NCBI GenBank assembly: GCA_030601885.1
Contig: JAUWAU010000022.1
Location: forward strand, 6,175 to 70,174
Direction of reading: 5' to 3'
Length of the DNA: 64,000 bases
Source of the DNA: Armatimonadota bacterium
Lineage (GTDB): Bacteria; Armatimonadota; Zipacnadia; JAUWAU01
The notes under the pieces are model-generated. The model saw nothing but the letters and a program-made list of their open reading frames with translations. It was not told where the DNA came from and did not search any database. The position numbers were made by a program, and so were the translations under genes. Within the stretch, counting starts at the first letter, position 1; every line of letters begins with the position of its first letter. Below are positions 44,102 through 53,605 of this stretch, one piece after another.

Positions 44102-46328
44102 CGCGGAACAGCGGGAAAGCTCGGCGTTTGCCCATCTTCACGAGAAGGTCCAGCGCTGGGTCTGGAGCCGCCGGTGGCGCGAACTGCACGACGTGCAGGA
44201 ACTGGCCGTTGAGCCGATCTTGGCGAAGGCCGATGTCATCGTCGCGGCTCCCACGGCGGGCGGCAAGACAGAAGCGGCATTCCTTCCCATCTGCTCCAGC
44301 CTCATGGGCGATGCGCCGGACGGCGTCGTGGTGCTGGCGGTGAGCCCCCTCAAGGCCCTGATCAACGATCAGTACGATCGCCTCGAACCCTTCTGCGCGA
44401 CCCTCGGCATCAGCGTGCATCGGTGGCACGGCGACGTCTCTGCCGGGACGAAGCAGCGGCTCTTGCGGGAGCCCTCAGGTGTTCTTCTGATCACCCCCGA
44501 GTCCCTTGAGGCCCTGTTCGTGCTCCACGGTACCAAGCTGGCGCGCGTGTTCGCCGGTCTGAGTTACGTGGTCGTGGACGAGTTGCATGCATTCATCGGC
44601 AGCGAACGCGGCCGACAACTGCAGTCGCTGCTCCATCGGGCCGAACTGCTGCTCCGGCGGCACGTGCCAAGGATCGGGCTCAGCGCCACTCTCGGCGACA
44701 TGCGGCTCGCGGCCGACCACTTACGCCCGGGGGCAGCGGAGAAGGTCAAGCTCGTTGTCTCAGCCGGGACGGGCCAGCAGATCAAACTGCTCCTGCGTGG
44801 GTATCGGGATACGCCCCCGGGGCCGGGCGAGGCTGACGCGGCTAGCGGCGACACCCAGGGCCCTCAGAGTGATCCCCCCAGCGCTGATGTGCGAGCTATC
44901 GCCGAGAACTTGTTCGCCAATCTCCGGGGCCGTCACCATCTCATCTTTGCCAACAGCCGGAGCAGCGTCGAGCAGTATGCCGATCTCCTGAGGCAGCTCA
45001 GCGACCAGCGGCGCCTACCGAACGAGTTCTTCCCACACCACGGCAGCTTATCGAAGGAGCTTCGTGAGGACGTCGAGGCGCGGCTGAAGGACAAGACCCG
45101 CCCGACGAGCGTCGTCTGCACGAGCACGCTGGAGCTGGGCATTGACGTGGGTGACGTTGAGAGCATCGTGCAGATTGGGACTCCACCGTCGGTGGCGAGC
45201 ATGAGGCAGCGACTTGGGCGCTCCGGGCGCCGCGAAGGCCAAGCGGCAGTCCTGCGGCTCTTCATTCGAGAGCCGGAACTCACGGAGCGGAGCCCGCCGC
45301 AAGACTACTTGCGGGCCGAACTCGTGCAGGCGACCGCGATGGTGCGCCTACTCGTTGCTGGGTGGTGCGAGCCGCCCACGGAGGGCGCACTTCACTTGTC
45401 CACTTTGGTCCAGCAGCTACTCGGGCTGATCGCTCAGTACGGGGGCGTGCGCCCCCAAGAAGCCTGGGGGGCCCTCTGCGGAAGCGGCCCGTTCGGCGGC
45501 GTCAACCAACGGCTGTTCGCCAAGTTCCTGCGCGCCCTGAGCGAACACGACTTGGTCGAACAAGCAGCCGACGGCGCTCTGCTGCTTGGTGTGCGTGGCG
45601 AGCGAATCGTCAACCACTATAGCTTCTACACTGCATTCATGTCGCCGGAGGAGTACCGCATTATCACCGGCACGCGCACACTCGGCACGATCCCGATTGA
45701 CTATCCTCTGGTGGAGGGCATGTACATCATCTTCGCCGGACGCCGGTGGGAAGTGGTCAGCGTCGATCCGGGGGGCAGGGCCGTCGAGGTCGTGCCCGCG
45801 GCCGGCGGGCGGCCTCCGTCCTTCGGCGGCACCGGTGCCTCAGTGCACGATCGCGTCCGCCGGGAGATGCTGTGCATCTACCAGTCTACGGAGATACCCG
45901 CCTTCCTGGATGCCACGGCCCGGGAGCTCCTCGCGGAGGGCCGAGCCGCGTTCGCCCGGTACGGCCTGGGTCAGCAACGTTGGCTCCAGCACGGGGACGA
46001 CTGCCTGCTCTTTCTCTGGGCTGGGGACCGCGTCATGAACACGGTGCTCCTGCAGTTGGTGGCCCGGGGCCTGAAGGTCACGCAAGACGGCATCGCGCTC
46101 ACCATCGAGGACGCGACGACGGCTGAGCTGTCCATTCATTTGAAAGCACTGGCCGACCAAGGCCCCGCTGGCGGTGAGACGCTTGCCTCGGTGGTCCAGA
46201 ACAAGCGCTCGGAGAAGTACCATTGGTGCCTAACCGAGGAGCTACTGAGTCGAGACTACGCGTCGCGCTGGTTGGACGTCGCTGCAGCGCACCAGGTAAT
46301 CGAACGGTTGGCGACATCACCGCTGTGA
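44073..46328 (+). CDS. DEAD/DEAH-box superfamily-2 helicase, Lhr-like (Shango SngC-like)
   Basis: VQELAVEPILAKADVIVAAPTAGGKTEAAFLP is motif I. VVVDELHAF is motif II (DExH). GLSATLG is motif III. TSTLELGIDVG and QRLGRSGRR are motifs V and VI. The start overlaps the upstream gene by 29 nt. Confidence 0.8.
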   Translation: MMSLPRSGSDAEQRESSAFAHLHEKVQRWVWSRRWRELHDVQELAVEPILAKADVIVAAPTAGGKTEAAFLPICSSLMGDAPDGVVVLAVSPLKALINDQYDRLEPFCATLGISVHRWHGDVSAGTKQRLLREPSGVLLITPESLEALFVLHGTKLARVFAGLSYVVVDELHAFIGSERGRQLQSLLHRAELLLRRHVPRIGLSATLGDMRLAADHLRPGAAEKVKLVVSAGTGQQIKLLLRGYRDTPPGPGEADAASGDTQGPQSDPPSADVRAIAENLFANLRGRHHLIFANSRSSVEQYADLLRQLSDQRRLPNEFFPHHGSLSKELREDVEARLKDKTRPTSVVCTSTLELGIDVGDVESIVQIGTPPSVASMRQRLGRSGRREGQAAVLRLFIREPELTERSPPQDYLRAELVQATAMVRLLVAGWCEPPTEGALHLSTLVQQLLGLIAQYGGVRPQEAWGALCGSGPFGGVNQRLFAKFLRALSEHDLVEQAADGALLLGVRGERIVNHYSFYTAFMSPEEYRIITGTRTLGTIPIDYPLVEGMYIIFAGRRWEVVSVDPGGRAVEVVPAAGGRPPSFGGTGASVHDRVRREMLCIYQSTEIPAFLDATARELLAEGRAAFARYGLGQQRWLQHGDDCLLFLWAGDRVMNTVLLQLVARGLKVTQDGIALTIEDATTAELSIHLKALADQGPAGGETLASVVQNKRSEKYHWCLTEELLSRDYASRWLDVAAAHQVIERLATSPL

Positions 46329-46505
46329 GGGGCGGCCGGGCGGCGCGTCGGGGTTGTTGGTAGACAAGGACGAAATGGAGGAGGCAGAAACGGAGAAGAC
46401 CTCCTCCAAAGCCGAGTTATCGTCTGAGGACGAGTAGCCGCGTGCGCCGGTCGGCGCGCCGCCCCGAGTCCATCCCCCCGTGGCTTCGCCACGTCACAAG
46501 GCTGC

Positions 46506-47390
46506 CTACCGCTGGTCGCTCACCTCTCCGGCCCTCGGGGCGCCGGGCTTGATGGACTTGAGGAACTCCACGGCCCGGGTGATGTCGCCGACAGGGTCGT
46601 CTCCGGTCTCGCGCTCGATGGCATAGTAGCCGTCGTAGCCCTCGTCCATCAGCGACTGCACGTACACAGGCCAATCGACCCAGCCGGAGCCCAGCGGGAC
46701 CTCCCTCCGCGTGCCGTCCTCCCGCACGAGGGCGTCTTTGGCGTGGGTGTGCACGATGTACTCCCCGAGCACCTTGACGCCGTCCATGGGCTGGAACTCC
46801 TCCCACGCCTCCTTTCGGTCGTACTGCTCGCCGCGCTCGGCGAAGAGCCGAACCGGCCAGAGGATGAGGTTGCCGGGATCGTAGTTGACTCGGAGCCCGG
46901 CGCTGCCGATGTCCTCGATGAGCCGCTTGAGCACCTTGGGAGGCTCGGGGCCGGTCTCGATGGCCAGGCACGCGCCGACGCTCTCGCCGTACCGCGCGAT
47001 CTGTCCGGTCGAGTCCAGGAACACGTTCCAGCGCGGATCGCTGGTGTCCGTGGGCATCACGCCGACGTGGGCCTGCCAGATGTTGCACTCGAGGTCAATG
47101 CTCATGTCCAGAATGCGCTTGGCCCAGGCGATGTTGTGCTCCGCCTCGTCGGCATCGCCCAGGTCCACCTTCCCGCCCCAGGCCGAGACGGCCGACACCT
47201 CGAGGCCGAGGGAGCGGATGTGCTCCAGGAGCGTCTTGCGGGCGGCATTGTCCATGTTCTCCGGCGCAAAGGGTCCGCCACCTATGCTGAGGTGCAGCCC
47301 GGGCACCCCCATCTCGACGACCTTTTTCATGCCCTCGTACGGGTCCATCTTGAGGTTATTGAGCATCACGGCGATCTTCAGGTCAGACAC
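46506..47390 (-). CDS. Sugar phosphate isomerase/epimerase (xylose isomerase-like TIM barrel)
   Basis: VSDLKIAVMLNNL...; HTHAKD and YAIERE are motifs typical of the AP endonuclease 2/xylose isomerase-like fold. GTG at 47390 lies 8 nt after GGAGG. The upstream 119 codons of the track ORF were rejected. Confidence 0.8.
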   Translation of the reverse strand: MSDLKIAVMLNNLKMDPYEGMKKVVEMGVPGLHLSIGGGPFAPENMDNAARKTLLEHIRSLGLEVSAVSAWGGKVDLGDADEAEHNIAWAKRILDMSIDLECNIWQAHVGVMPTDTSDPRWNVFLDSTGQIARYGESVGACLAIETGPEPPKVLKRLIEDIGSAGLRVNYDPGNLILWPVRLFAERGEQYDRKEAWEEFQPMDGVKVLGEYIVHTHAKDALVREDGTRREVPLGSGWVDWPVYVQSLMDEGYDGYYAIERETGDDPVGDITRAVEFLKSIKPGAPRAGEVSDQR

Positions 47391-47634
47391 GGTTGTGGCC
47401 TCCGATGGCCGCCAGCGTGGCGGCTGCTTGGCATCATCACGGCGCGCACAGGTGATTCCGCGGCGCGGCACCGCGCACCTTCTGAGTGCAAGCCGCCGGC
47501 TGACGAGGGCCGAGAATCGCGGGCGGCTGCCATTGCTCTTGGCGGGCTTTTGTGCTATCATTCCCATAGGTGATTGGGAACGGCGAGCAAAGTGGCGGTA
47601 GCGGACCCTTTGCTCCCAGGAGGAAACTCCTTCG

Positions 47635-48918
47635 TTGGAGTTACCATTATTCGTCAGCCTCGTGATACTGGGGCTGCTGCTGGCCGTACAGGCCTTCTTC
47701 GCTGCTTCGGAAATCGGATACCTTGCGATAAGCAAGACCCGTGCCACGCAGTTGCGTGCCGCTGACGGGCCTGGCGCGCAAATGCTCTATGCCCTCGCGC
47801 AGCGTCCCACGGTCGTTCTCTCCACGATCATCCTCGGCATCACGTCCTGCATATATGTGATCGAGGCGCTGGCCACGCTGGCGGCGGAGCAGGCGCTGCC
47901 TCCGGAAGTGGCCCACTATGTGGCATTGTTCGGCACGGCCATCGTGGTGCTCGTTCTCGCCGAGATGACGCCAATTCTGTATGCCGTCCAGAACCCGGAG
48001 GGTGTTGCCCTCCGCGCGGCGCCGATCCTGTGGGTGCTGACGCGCCTGCTTTGGGTTGGTGTAGTTGTCTTGACGGGCATTGCCTATGGCGCCAGTTGGC
48101 TCCTGAGTGGTGGGCGGAGGAAAGTGGACCCCTCGATGACCGAAGCCGACATAAAGGAGATGGTGGACATCGGGGAGGAGCAGGGGATCTTGGACGAAGA
48201 GGAGCGGCGGATGCTGCATGGGGTGTTCCAGTTCACGGACGCCGTTGTGGGGCAGGTGATGGTGCCGCGGACGGACATGATCTGCGTTGAGGCGAGTCGA
48301 ACAGTGGGAGAGGCGTTGCGCACCATTGTCGAGCAGAAGCACTCGCGCCTGCCCGTGTACGAGGGCGATATCGACGACATCGTGGGTATTCTGTACGCCA
48401 AGGACCTCTTGCCCTACATTCGGCAGGGGAAGATGGATACGCCTGCCAGGGAGGTCGCGCGGGAGGCGCCGCGGGTCCCGGAAAGCAGCCGCGTCCGAAA
48501 CCTGCTGCGGCAGTTGCAGCTTCAGCGTCGGGTGATGGCGATCGTCGTGGACGAGTACGGCGGGACGGCCGGACTGGTGACGCTCGAGGATCTGTTGGAG
48601 GAGATCGTCGGGGAGATCGAAGACGAGTTCGATAGCGAAGAGGAGGCGCCGGTACGATGTGTGGCGCCGGGGGAATACGTCTGCGACGCCCGGGCGAGCA
48701 TACAGGAGTTCAGCGAAATCACGAATATCGACGTCCCGGAAGGAGACTTCGACAGCGTAGGTGGGCTTGTTTACCACCTGCTGGGGCATATCCCACGGCC
48801 TGGAGAGAAGTGCAGGCATGGCGGCGTGGAGTTCAGGGTGGAGCAGGTGGAGAATCGGCGGATCGCGAAGGTCCGGGTCGTACGGCTGGCGGAGAGGGCT
48901 GGGGCGGACGAGGTGTAG
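47635..48918 (+). CDS. CNNM/HlyC-CorC family transporter (DUF21 + CBS pair + CorC_HlyC)
   Basis: The N-terminal DUF21 TM region has the FFAASEIGYLAISK motif. CBS domains and a C-terminal transporter-associated domain follow (GGLVYHLLGHIPRPGE). Confidence 0.85.
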   Translation: MELPLFVSLVILGLLLAVQAFFAASEIGYLAISKTRATQLRAADGPGAQMLYALAQRPTVVLSTIILGITSCIYVIEALATLAAEQALPPEVAHYVALFGTAIVVLVLAEMTPILYAVQNPEGVALRAAPILWVLTRLLWVGVVVLTGIAYGASWLLSGGRRKVDPSMTEADIKEMVDIGEEQGILDEEERRMLHGVFQFTDAVVGQVMVPRTDMICVEASRTVGEALRTIVEQKHSRLPVYEGDIDDIVGILYAKDLLPYIRQGKMDTPAREVAREAPRVPESSRVRNLLRQLQLQRRVMAIVVDEYGGTAGLVTLEDLLEEIVGEIEDEFDSEEEAPVRCVAPGEYVCDARASIQEFSEITNIDVPEGDFDSVGGLVYHLLGHIPRPGEKCRHGGVEFRVEQVENRRIAKVRVVRLAERAGADEV

Positions 48919-49002
48919 GCGACAAATGCGGCCGTGCCGTGATGAGGGGTACGTGCGCGAGTCGCCATCCCCTGGCAATGGCGCGGAGGAGGACGCAGCG
49001 AA

Positions 49003-50388
49003 TTGGATGACCCTTTAAGTACGCACGTCCTCGGCGACCCGGCGCTTACCATGCTGGTCGCGGGGATAGTTGCGGGCCTCATTGAACACATAAGCGATCC
49101 GTTTGTGATCGCCGCGCTCGTGGGGATCGTTGCGGGCTTAGTGTGCGTGTTCACTCAGTCGTTGTCTGAGGCCGGGTTCTTGGCCGTCAGCAAGGTGCGC
49201 CTTCGCAGCTTGGCCGACGAGGGGAACGTGAAGGCGCGCATCGTCCAGCGCCTCACGGACGAGAGCGACGACTACCTGGGCGCGCTCATCGTCGCCAACA
49301 CGGTGTGCATCATGCTGGTGTCGCACCTGACGACCCGGCTGGTTGTGCACGTGTCCGGCACCGATGGAGCCGAGAAATGGCTCCCGATGGTCTCGATCGG
49401 GATGCTGGTGTTCATCTTGGTCTTCTGCGAGCTCACGCCCAAGAGCTTCGCGAAACAGCGCTCGACCAGGAGCGCCCTGCTCATGGCGCGGCCGGTGCAG
49501 TGGTTGACGTTTGCATCCAGGCCGGTCATATGGGTGCTGACGGCGGTGGCCAGCAGGATCATCCGCCTCTTTGGCGGCGAGACCCGGCGCCGCGGTTACC
49601 GGATAACCGAAGATGATATCGTGGCAGCAGCGGAGGTGGGGGAGGAGGAAGGAACGGTCGAGCCCAGCGAGCGGCGGATGATCGAGCGTATCATTGGGTT
49701 TGGCACCAAGATCGCGCGCGAGGTAATGATCCCGCGGATTGATGTGGTCGCCGTGCCCGAAGAGGCGACAGCCGACGACGTGCTGGACATCGCTGAGGAG
49801 CGCGGCTTCTCGCGCATCCCGGTGTATCGCGAGACGATTGACAACATCACGGGGATCGTGTACGTCAATGACATCCTTGCCGCCATCGTGAACGGCCACG
49901 CCAAGATCGACATTCGCGACATCCTGCGGGAGCCGATCCACGTGCCGGAGACGAAGACGCTGGATGAGCTGTTCGCCGAACTGCAGCAGAGGAAGGTGCA
50001 CATCGCTATCGTCCTGGACGAGTACGGCGGAACCGAAGGGCTCGTAACCATCGAGGATATCCTGGAGGAGATCGTCGGCGAGATCAGAGACGAGCATGAC
50101 GCCGAGGAGTTCGTGGTTCGACGACTCAGCGAGTTGGAAGCGCTCATCGATCCTGGGGTGTCGGTGGCGGACGCGAACGACATGCTGGGGGTCAATATTC
50201 CGGAGGGCGACTACGAGACCGTCGGTGGGTTCGTGCTCGAGCGCGTTGGGCGCGTGCCCGATGTCGGTGAGACGGTGCGTGCAGACGGGTTTGACCTGGT
50301 CGTCGAGGATCTCGACGGACCGCGTCTCACGCTAGTGCGCGTGCTGAAGAAGCCGGGCGACGCCAGCCCTCAGAATGGCGAGGAGTGA
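49003..50388 (+). CDS. CNNM/HlyC-CorC family transporter, second paralogue
   Basis: Same architecture as the previous gene: SLSEAGFLAVSK, a CBS pair, and GGFVLERVGRVPDVGE. Confidence 0.85.
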   Translation: MDDPLSTHVLGDPALTMLVAGIVAGLIEHISDPFVIAALVGIVAGLVCVFTQSLSEAGFLAVSKVRLRSLADEGNVKARIVQRLTDESDDYLGALIVANTVCIMLVSHLTTRLVVHVSGTDGAEKWLPMVSIGMLVFILVFCELTPKSFAKQRSTRSALLMARPVQWLTFASRPVIWVLTAVASRIIRLFGGETRRRGYRITEDDIVAAAEVGEEEGTVEPSERRMIERIIGFGTKIAREVMIPRIDVVAVPEEATADDVLDIAEERGFSRIPVYRETIDNITGIVYVNDILAAIVNGHAKIDIRDILREPIHVPETKTLDELFAELQQRKVHIAIVLDEYGGTEGLVTIEDILEEIVGEIRDEHDAEEFVVRRLSELEALIDPGVSVADANDMLGVNIPEGDYETVGGFVLERVGRVPDVGETVRADGFDLVVEDLDGPRLTLVRVLKKPGDASPQNGEE

Positions 50389-51347
50389 GCTCAGGCGTGC
50401 CTTTGCAGGTGAAAGTGGACGACAAGAAGGCGCGGGCGAAGGCGCAGCTCAGCGATACGGATTTCCGCTTCCCACGGGAGAAGGCGATGTATTGGCAGGC
50501 CCTGGCGGGCGTCGTCATATGCGGCCTGATTCCTGCCGGCATTACGTTCGCCATCGTCAGCCGCAGCGAGATGCCTCTGTGGCAGATCCCGGCTTTCTTC
50601 GTGTTGTGGCCGGTTCTATGTTTGATCCTGGTACCAGCGCTGGCCGGCCGGCCGATGCGAAAGCGGATCAAGGAGGCCGGTCGGCAGGGGAAGGTCCTGC
50701 CGACCAACTACCCTGAGATCCACCAACTCGTCCGGTCCCAGTGCGCCATGTTGGGCATCAAGGAGCCCGACATGTACGTGCTCGACGACGAAGTGGCACA
50801 GGTTGTTACGATCGCAGGCGCCAAGCCTGTCCTGGTCATCACCAGGCCCGTTTTGAACGCTCTGACTGGCGAGGAGTTGGCCGCTGCCATCGCCCACGAA
50901 CTCGGCCACATCAAGGCCGGGCACGTGCGCATGGAGAACGTGCTCATCTATATGGGGGGCGCACCATCGCATTGGCGGATTATCTTCGCTCCAGCGACTC
51001 TCTTTGGCTTCTTTCTTGGCACATGGGCGCAGGTCATCGAGCGCACCGCTGATCGCATTGCGCTGCTGCTCACGAACAAGGTAGCAGTTGTCAACACGGC
51101 CATAGTGAAGCTGGCCATGGAAGCTGACTCGCTTGCCCAGGTAGACCCCCGCGAGCTGCGCGCGTACCTCTCCTCCAACGGCGAACTCTCCACTGATTCC
51201 AGCCAAGTAGAGCGACACTTCCGCATTGGCACCTTCATTAGCCAGCAGCCTGGGCTGCGAGATCGTATCGCGCAGCTCGTGGAATACGCGAAGTCGGAAG
51301 AAGCGCAGAGCGCCCTGAGCAAATTGACGGCGGCGTCGCCGGGATAG
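50385..51347 (+). CDS. M48-family zinc metallopeptidase (HtpX-like), membrane bound
   Basis: AAAIAHELGHIKAGH is the HExxH motif. Two N-terminal TM helices are present. The GTG start overlaps the upstream stop (GTGA). Confidence 0.75.
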   Translation: MSSGVPLQVKVDDKKARAKAQLSDTDFRFPREKAMYWQALAGVVICGLIPAGITFAIVSRSEMPLWQIPAFFVLWPVLCLILVPALAGRPMRKRIKEAGRQGKVLPTNYPEIHQLVRSQCAMLGIKEPDMYVLDDEVAQVVTIAGAKPVLVITRPVLNALTGEELAAAIAHELGHIKAGHVRMENVLIYMGGAPSHWRIIFAPATLFGFFLGTWAQVIERTADRIALLLTNKVAVVNTAIVKLAMEADSLAQVDPRELRAYLSSNGELSTDSSQVERHFRIGTFISQQPGLRDRIAQLVEYAKSEEAQSALSKLTAASPG

Positions 51348-51501
51348 CGCTTGCGCGTACACCTCGCTCGCGGCATGGCTGGGGCCACGGCAGCAGAGCC
51401 GTGCAGGCCTGACGGCCCGGACGGCTCTGCCGCAGCGACGGGTCGGGTCCGCCTGGTGCAAGACGCGACGGGGACGGCCAGCGAGCGACGCGAAGAGGCG
51501 C

Positions 51502-52548
51502 CTATTGGGCCTCGGGGTATGACCCGAGCACCTTGACGAACATGCACACGGCTCGGAGCTGCTCCAGGGCGGCGGCCACTTCGTCATCTTCCTGGTGGCC
51601 CAGGAAATCGAGGAAGAAGAGGTATTCCCACGGGGTATGCCGGGTCGGGCGCGACTCGATCATGGTGAGGTTGATGCTCTTGTCTTTGAATGGGCGCAGG
51701 GCCTCGAACAGGGCGCCGGATCGATGTTGCGTGGCGAAGAGCACCGACGTTTTGTCGGCTCCCGTGGGCGGGCATTCGAGCCGGCCGATGGTAAAGAAGC
51801 GCGTCCGGTTCCCTGGCACGTCCTCGATGTTCTTGGCGAGAATGCGCAGGCCAATATGCGCGGCAGGCTCGGGAGCTATCGCGCCGGCCTTGGGCGTGCG
51901 AAGCGCTCGCTCCGCTCCCGCTGTGGTGCTCGATGTCTCCACGCATTCAGCGCGGGGCAGGTGATTGCGGAGCCAGGCGCGGCACTGAGCGAACGCCTGG
52001 GGATGCGAGAATACGTGGGTGATCTCCTCGAGGCCGGCGGCGGACAGCAGGCAATGATGGATGTCCAGGTACACTTCTGCACAAATGCGCAAGTCAGTTT
52101 CGCTCAGTGCGTCCAGCGTGGGCGTCTCCACGCCTTGGATGGAGTTCTCGATGGCGACCAGACCGAAGTTGGCATTTCCCTTGGCGACTTCGCTGAAGAT
52201 GTCGAGCACCGAGGGCGCCGGCAGGAATTCGACGGACGATCCGAACTTCTCGATGGCGGCCCGGTGACTGAATGTGTATGTGGGGCCCAGATACGCTACG
52301 GCGAGGGATTGCTCCACGGCGCGGCAAGCGGATACGATCTCGGTGTAGATTCGCGTTATGGCTTCCGGCGTCAGCGGTTCGCCGACGGCCCTGGCAACAC
52401 GGCCGAGGACGTCTTTCTCGCGATGAGGCGCGTAGGCCTGTGCTTTCAAGAGGCCGACCTGTCGGGCAAGTTGAGCGCGCTGCGTCAGAGACTGAACGAT
52501 CTGATCGTCAAGAGCATCGATCCGCTTTCGCAGTTCGTTGATGTCCAT
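51502..52548 (-). CDS. pheA: Bifunctional chorismate mutase / prephenate dehydratase (P-protein)
   Basis: The N-terminal CM helix is LRKRIDALDDQIVQSLTQRAQLA. The PDT domain has AYLGPTYTFSH and TRF. The C-terminal ACT domain has ESRP. Confidence 0.9.
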   Translation of the reverse strand: MDINELRKRIDALDDQIVQSLTQRAQLARQVGLLKAQAYAPHREKDVLGRVARAVGEPLTPEAITRIYTEIVSACRAVEQSLAVAYLGPTYTFSHRAAIEKFGSSVEFLPAPSVLDIFSEVAKGNANFGLVAIENSIQGVETPTLDALSETDLRICAEVYLDIHHCLLSAAGLEEITHVFSHPQAFAQCRAWLRNHLPRAECVETSSTTAGAERALRTPKAGAIAPEPAAHIGLRILAKNIEDVPGNRTRFFTIGRLECPPTGADKTSVLFATQHRSGALFEALRPFKDKSINLTMIESRPTRHTPWEYLFFLDFLGHQEDDEVAAALEQLRAVCMFVKVLGSYPEAQ

Positions 52549-52696
52549 ATCTCAGCGTCTCACCGAGCCGCCCGAACGCTCGCGGAGGGCATCATAGCAT
52601 AAAGCCGTAAGCACAGTAAAGCGGCCGTGCGAGACGGTTGCGATATCGATACAGTGCGGCTGCAGAGGACGCGGCGAAAGCGAGGCACGCTGCATC

Positions 52697-53605
52697 GTGA
52701 GTGCGGACGAAACATTTGGTCGCCGTAGACGGCGGGGCGAGACTCATGCCGACGAGCGGCTTCGGGACGTTCCTGAGGATCTGTGGGAGACTTGCCCGAA
52801 GTGCCGTGAGGCGATCTACCGGAAGGAGCTCGAGAGGAATCTCAGGGTCTGTCCGAAGTGCGGCTTCCATTTGAGGCTCAAGTGCTACGAGCGCATTGCG
52901 ATCACTGCAGATGAGGGCAGCTTTCGGGAGTTTGAGATGTCTGCAGCGCCGTACAACCCGCTTGGCTTTCCGGAGTACGACGGGAAGATCGCCGGCGATC
53001 GGAAGGCGACTGGGCTGAGCGAGGCGGTCGTGGCCGGGGGGTGCACGATCGAAGGCACGCCCACCGTGATGGCAGTCATGGACATGAGCTTTCGCGGGGG
53101 CAGCATGGGCTACGAGGTGGGGGAGCGCGTCGCCCGGGCGGCCGAGGCGGCACTGGAGCGACGATGGCCGCTCATCATCTTCGCGGCCTCTGGCGGAGCG
53201 CGCATGCAGGAATCGCTCATCTCCTTGATGCAGATGGCCAAGACGAGCGCGGCACTGGGTCGTCTCGACTCAGCGGGCCTGTCCTACATTACAGTGGTCA
53301 CGGACATGACCTATGCCGGCGTGCTCGCGAGCTTCACCTCGCTGGGCGATGTCATTCTGGCCGAGCCCGGTGCTGCCATGGGTTTCACGGGCCCACGGGT
53401 AATCGAGATAACGCTCCGAATCAGGCTCCCGCACGAAGTGCAGACCAGCGAATTCCACCACGAGCACGGCATGATAGATGCGATCGTGGAGCGCAAGGAT
53501 ATGCGCTCCACCCTGGCCCGGGTGTTGCGGTGGTGCACCGGCGCCGCCGCACGCGACAGCGTTCTCGCCCGGGCAGCCCACGTTGAGGATACCCATGAGC
53601 AATAG
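52697..53605 (+). CDS. accD: Acetyl-CoA carboxylase carboxyltransferase subunit beta
   Basis: Zinc ribbon CPKCREAIYRKELERNLRVCPKCGFHLRL, followed by the carboxyltransferase body (MDMSFRGGSMG). Confidence 0.9.
   Translation: MSADETFGRRRRRGETHADERLRDVPEDLWETCPKCREAIYRKELERNLRVCPKCGFHLRLKCYERIAITADEGSFREFEMSAAPYNPLGFPEYDGKIAGDRKATGLSEAVVAGGCTIEGTPTVMAVMDMSFRGGSMGYEVGERVARAAEAALERRWPLIIFAASGGARMQESLISLMQMAKTSAALGRLDSAGLSYITVVTDMTYAGVLASFTSLGDVILAEPGAAMGFTGPRVIEITLRIRLPHEVQTSEFHHEHGMIDAIVERKDMRSTLARVLRWCTGAAARDSVLARAAHVEDTHEQ

Noticed and set aside
46365-46430. 20-codon mini-ORF (MEEAETEKTSSKAELSSEDE) overlapping an 8-bp GGAGGAGG/CCTCCTCC hairpin between convergent genes
   Set aside because: It is too short and low-complexity to support as coding without conservation or expression data. 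It is more likely part of a bidirectional terminator region.
46506-47747. 413-aa ORF extension upstream of the sugar isomerase gene
   Set aside because: The N-terminal 119 codons lack any pattern and overlap the start region of the divergent CNNM gene. A GTG with GGAGG at 47390 fits the family N-terminus.
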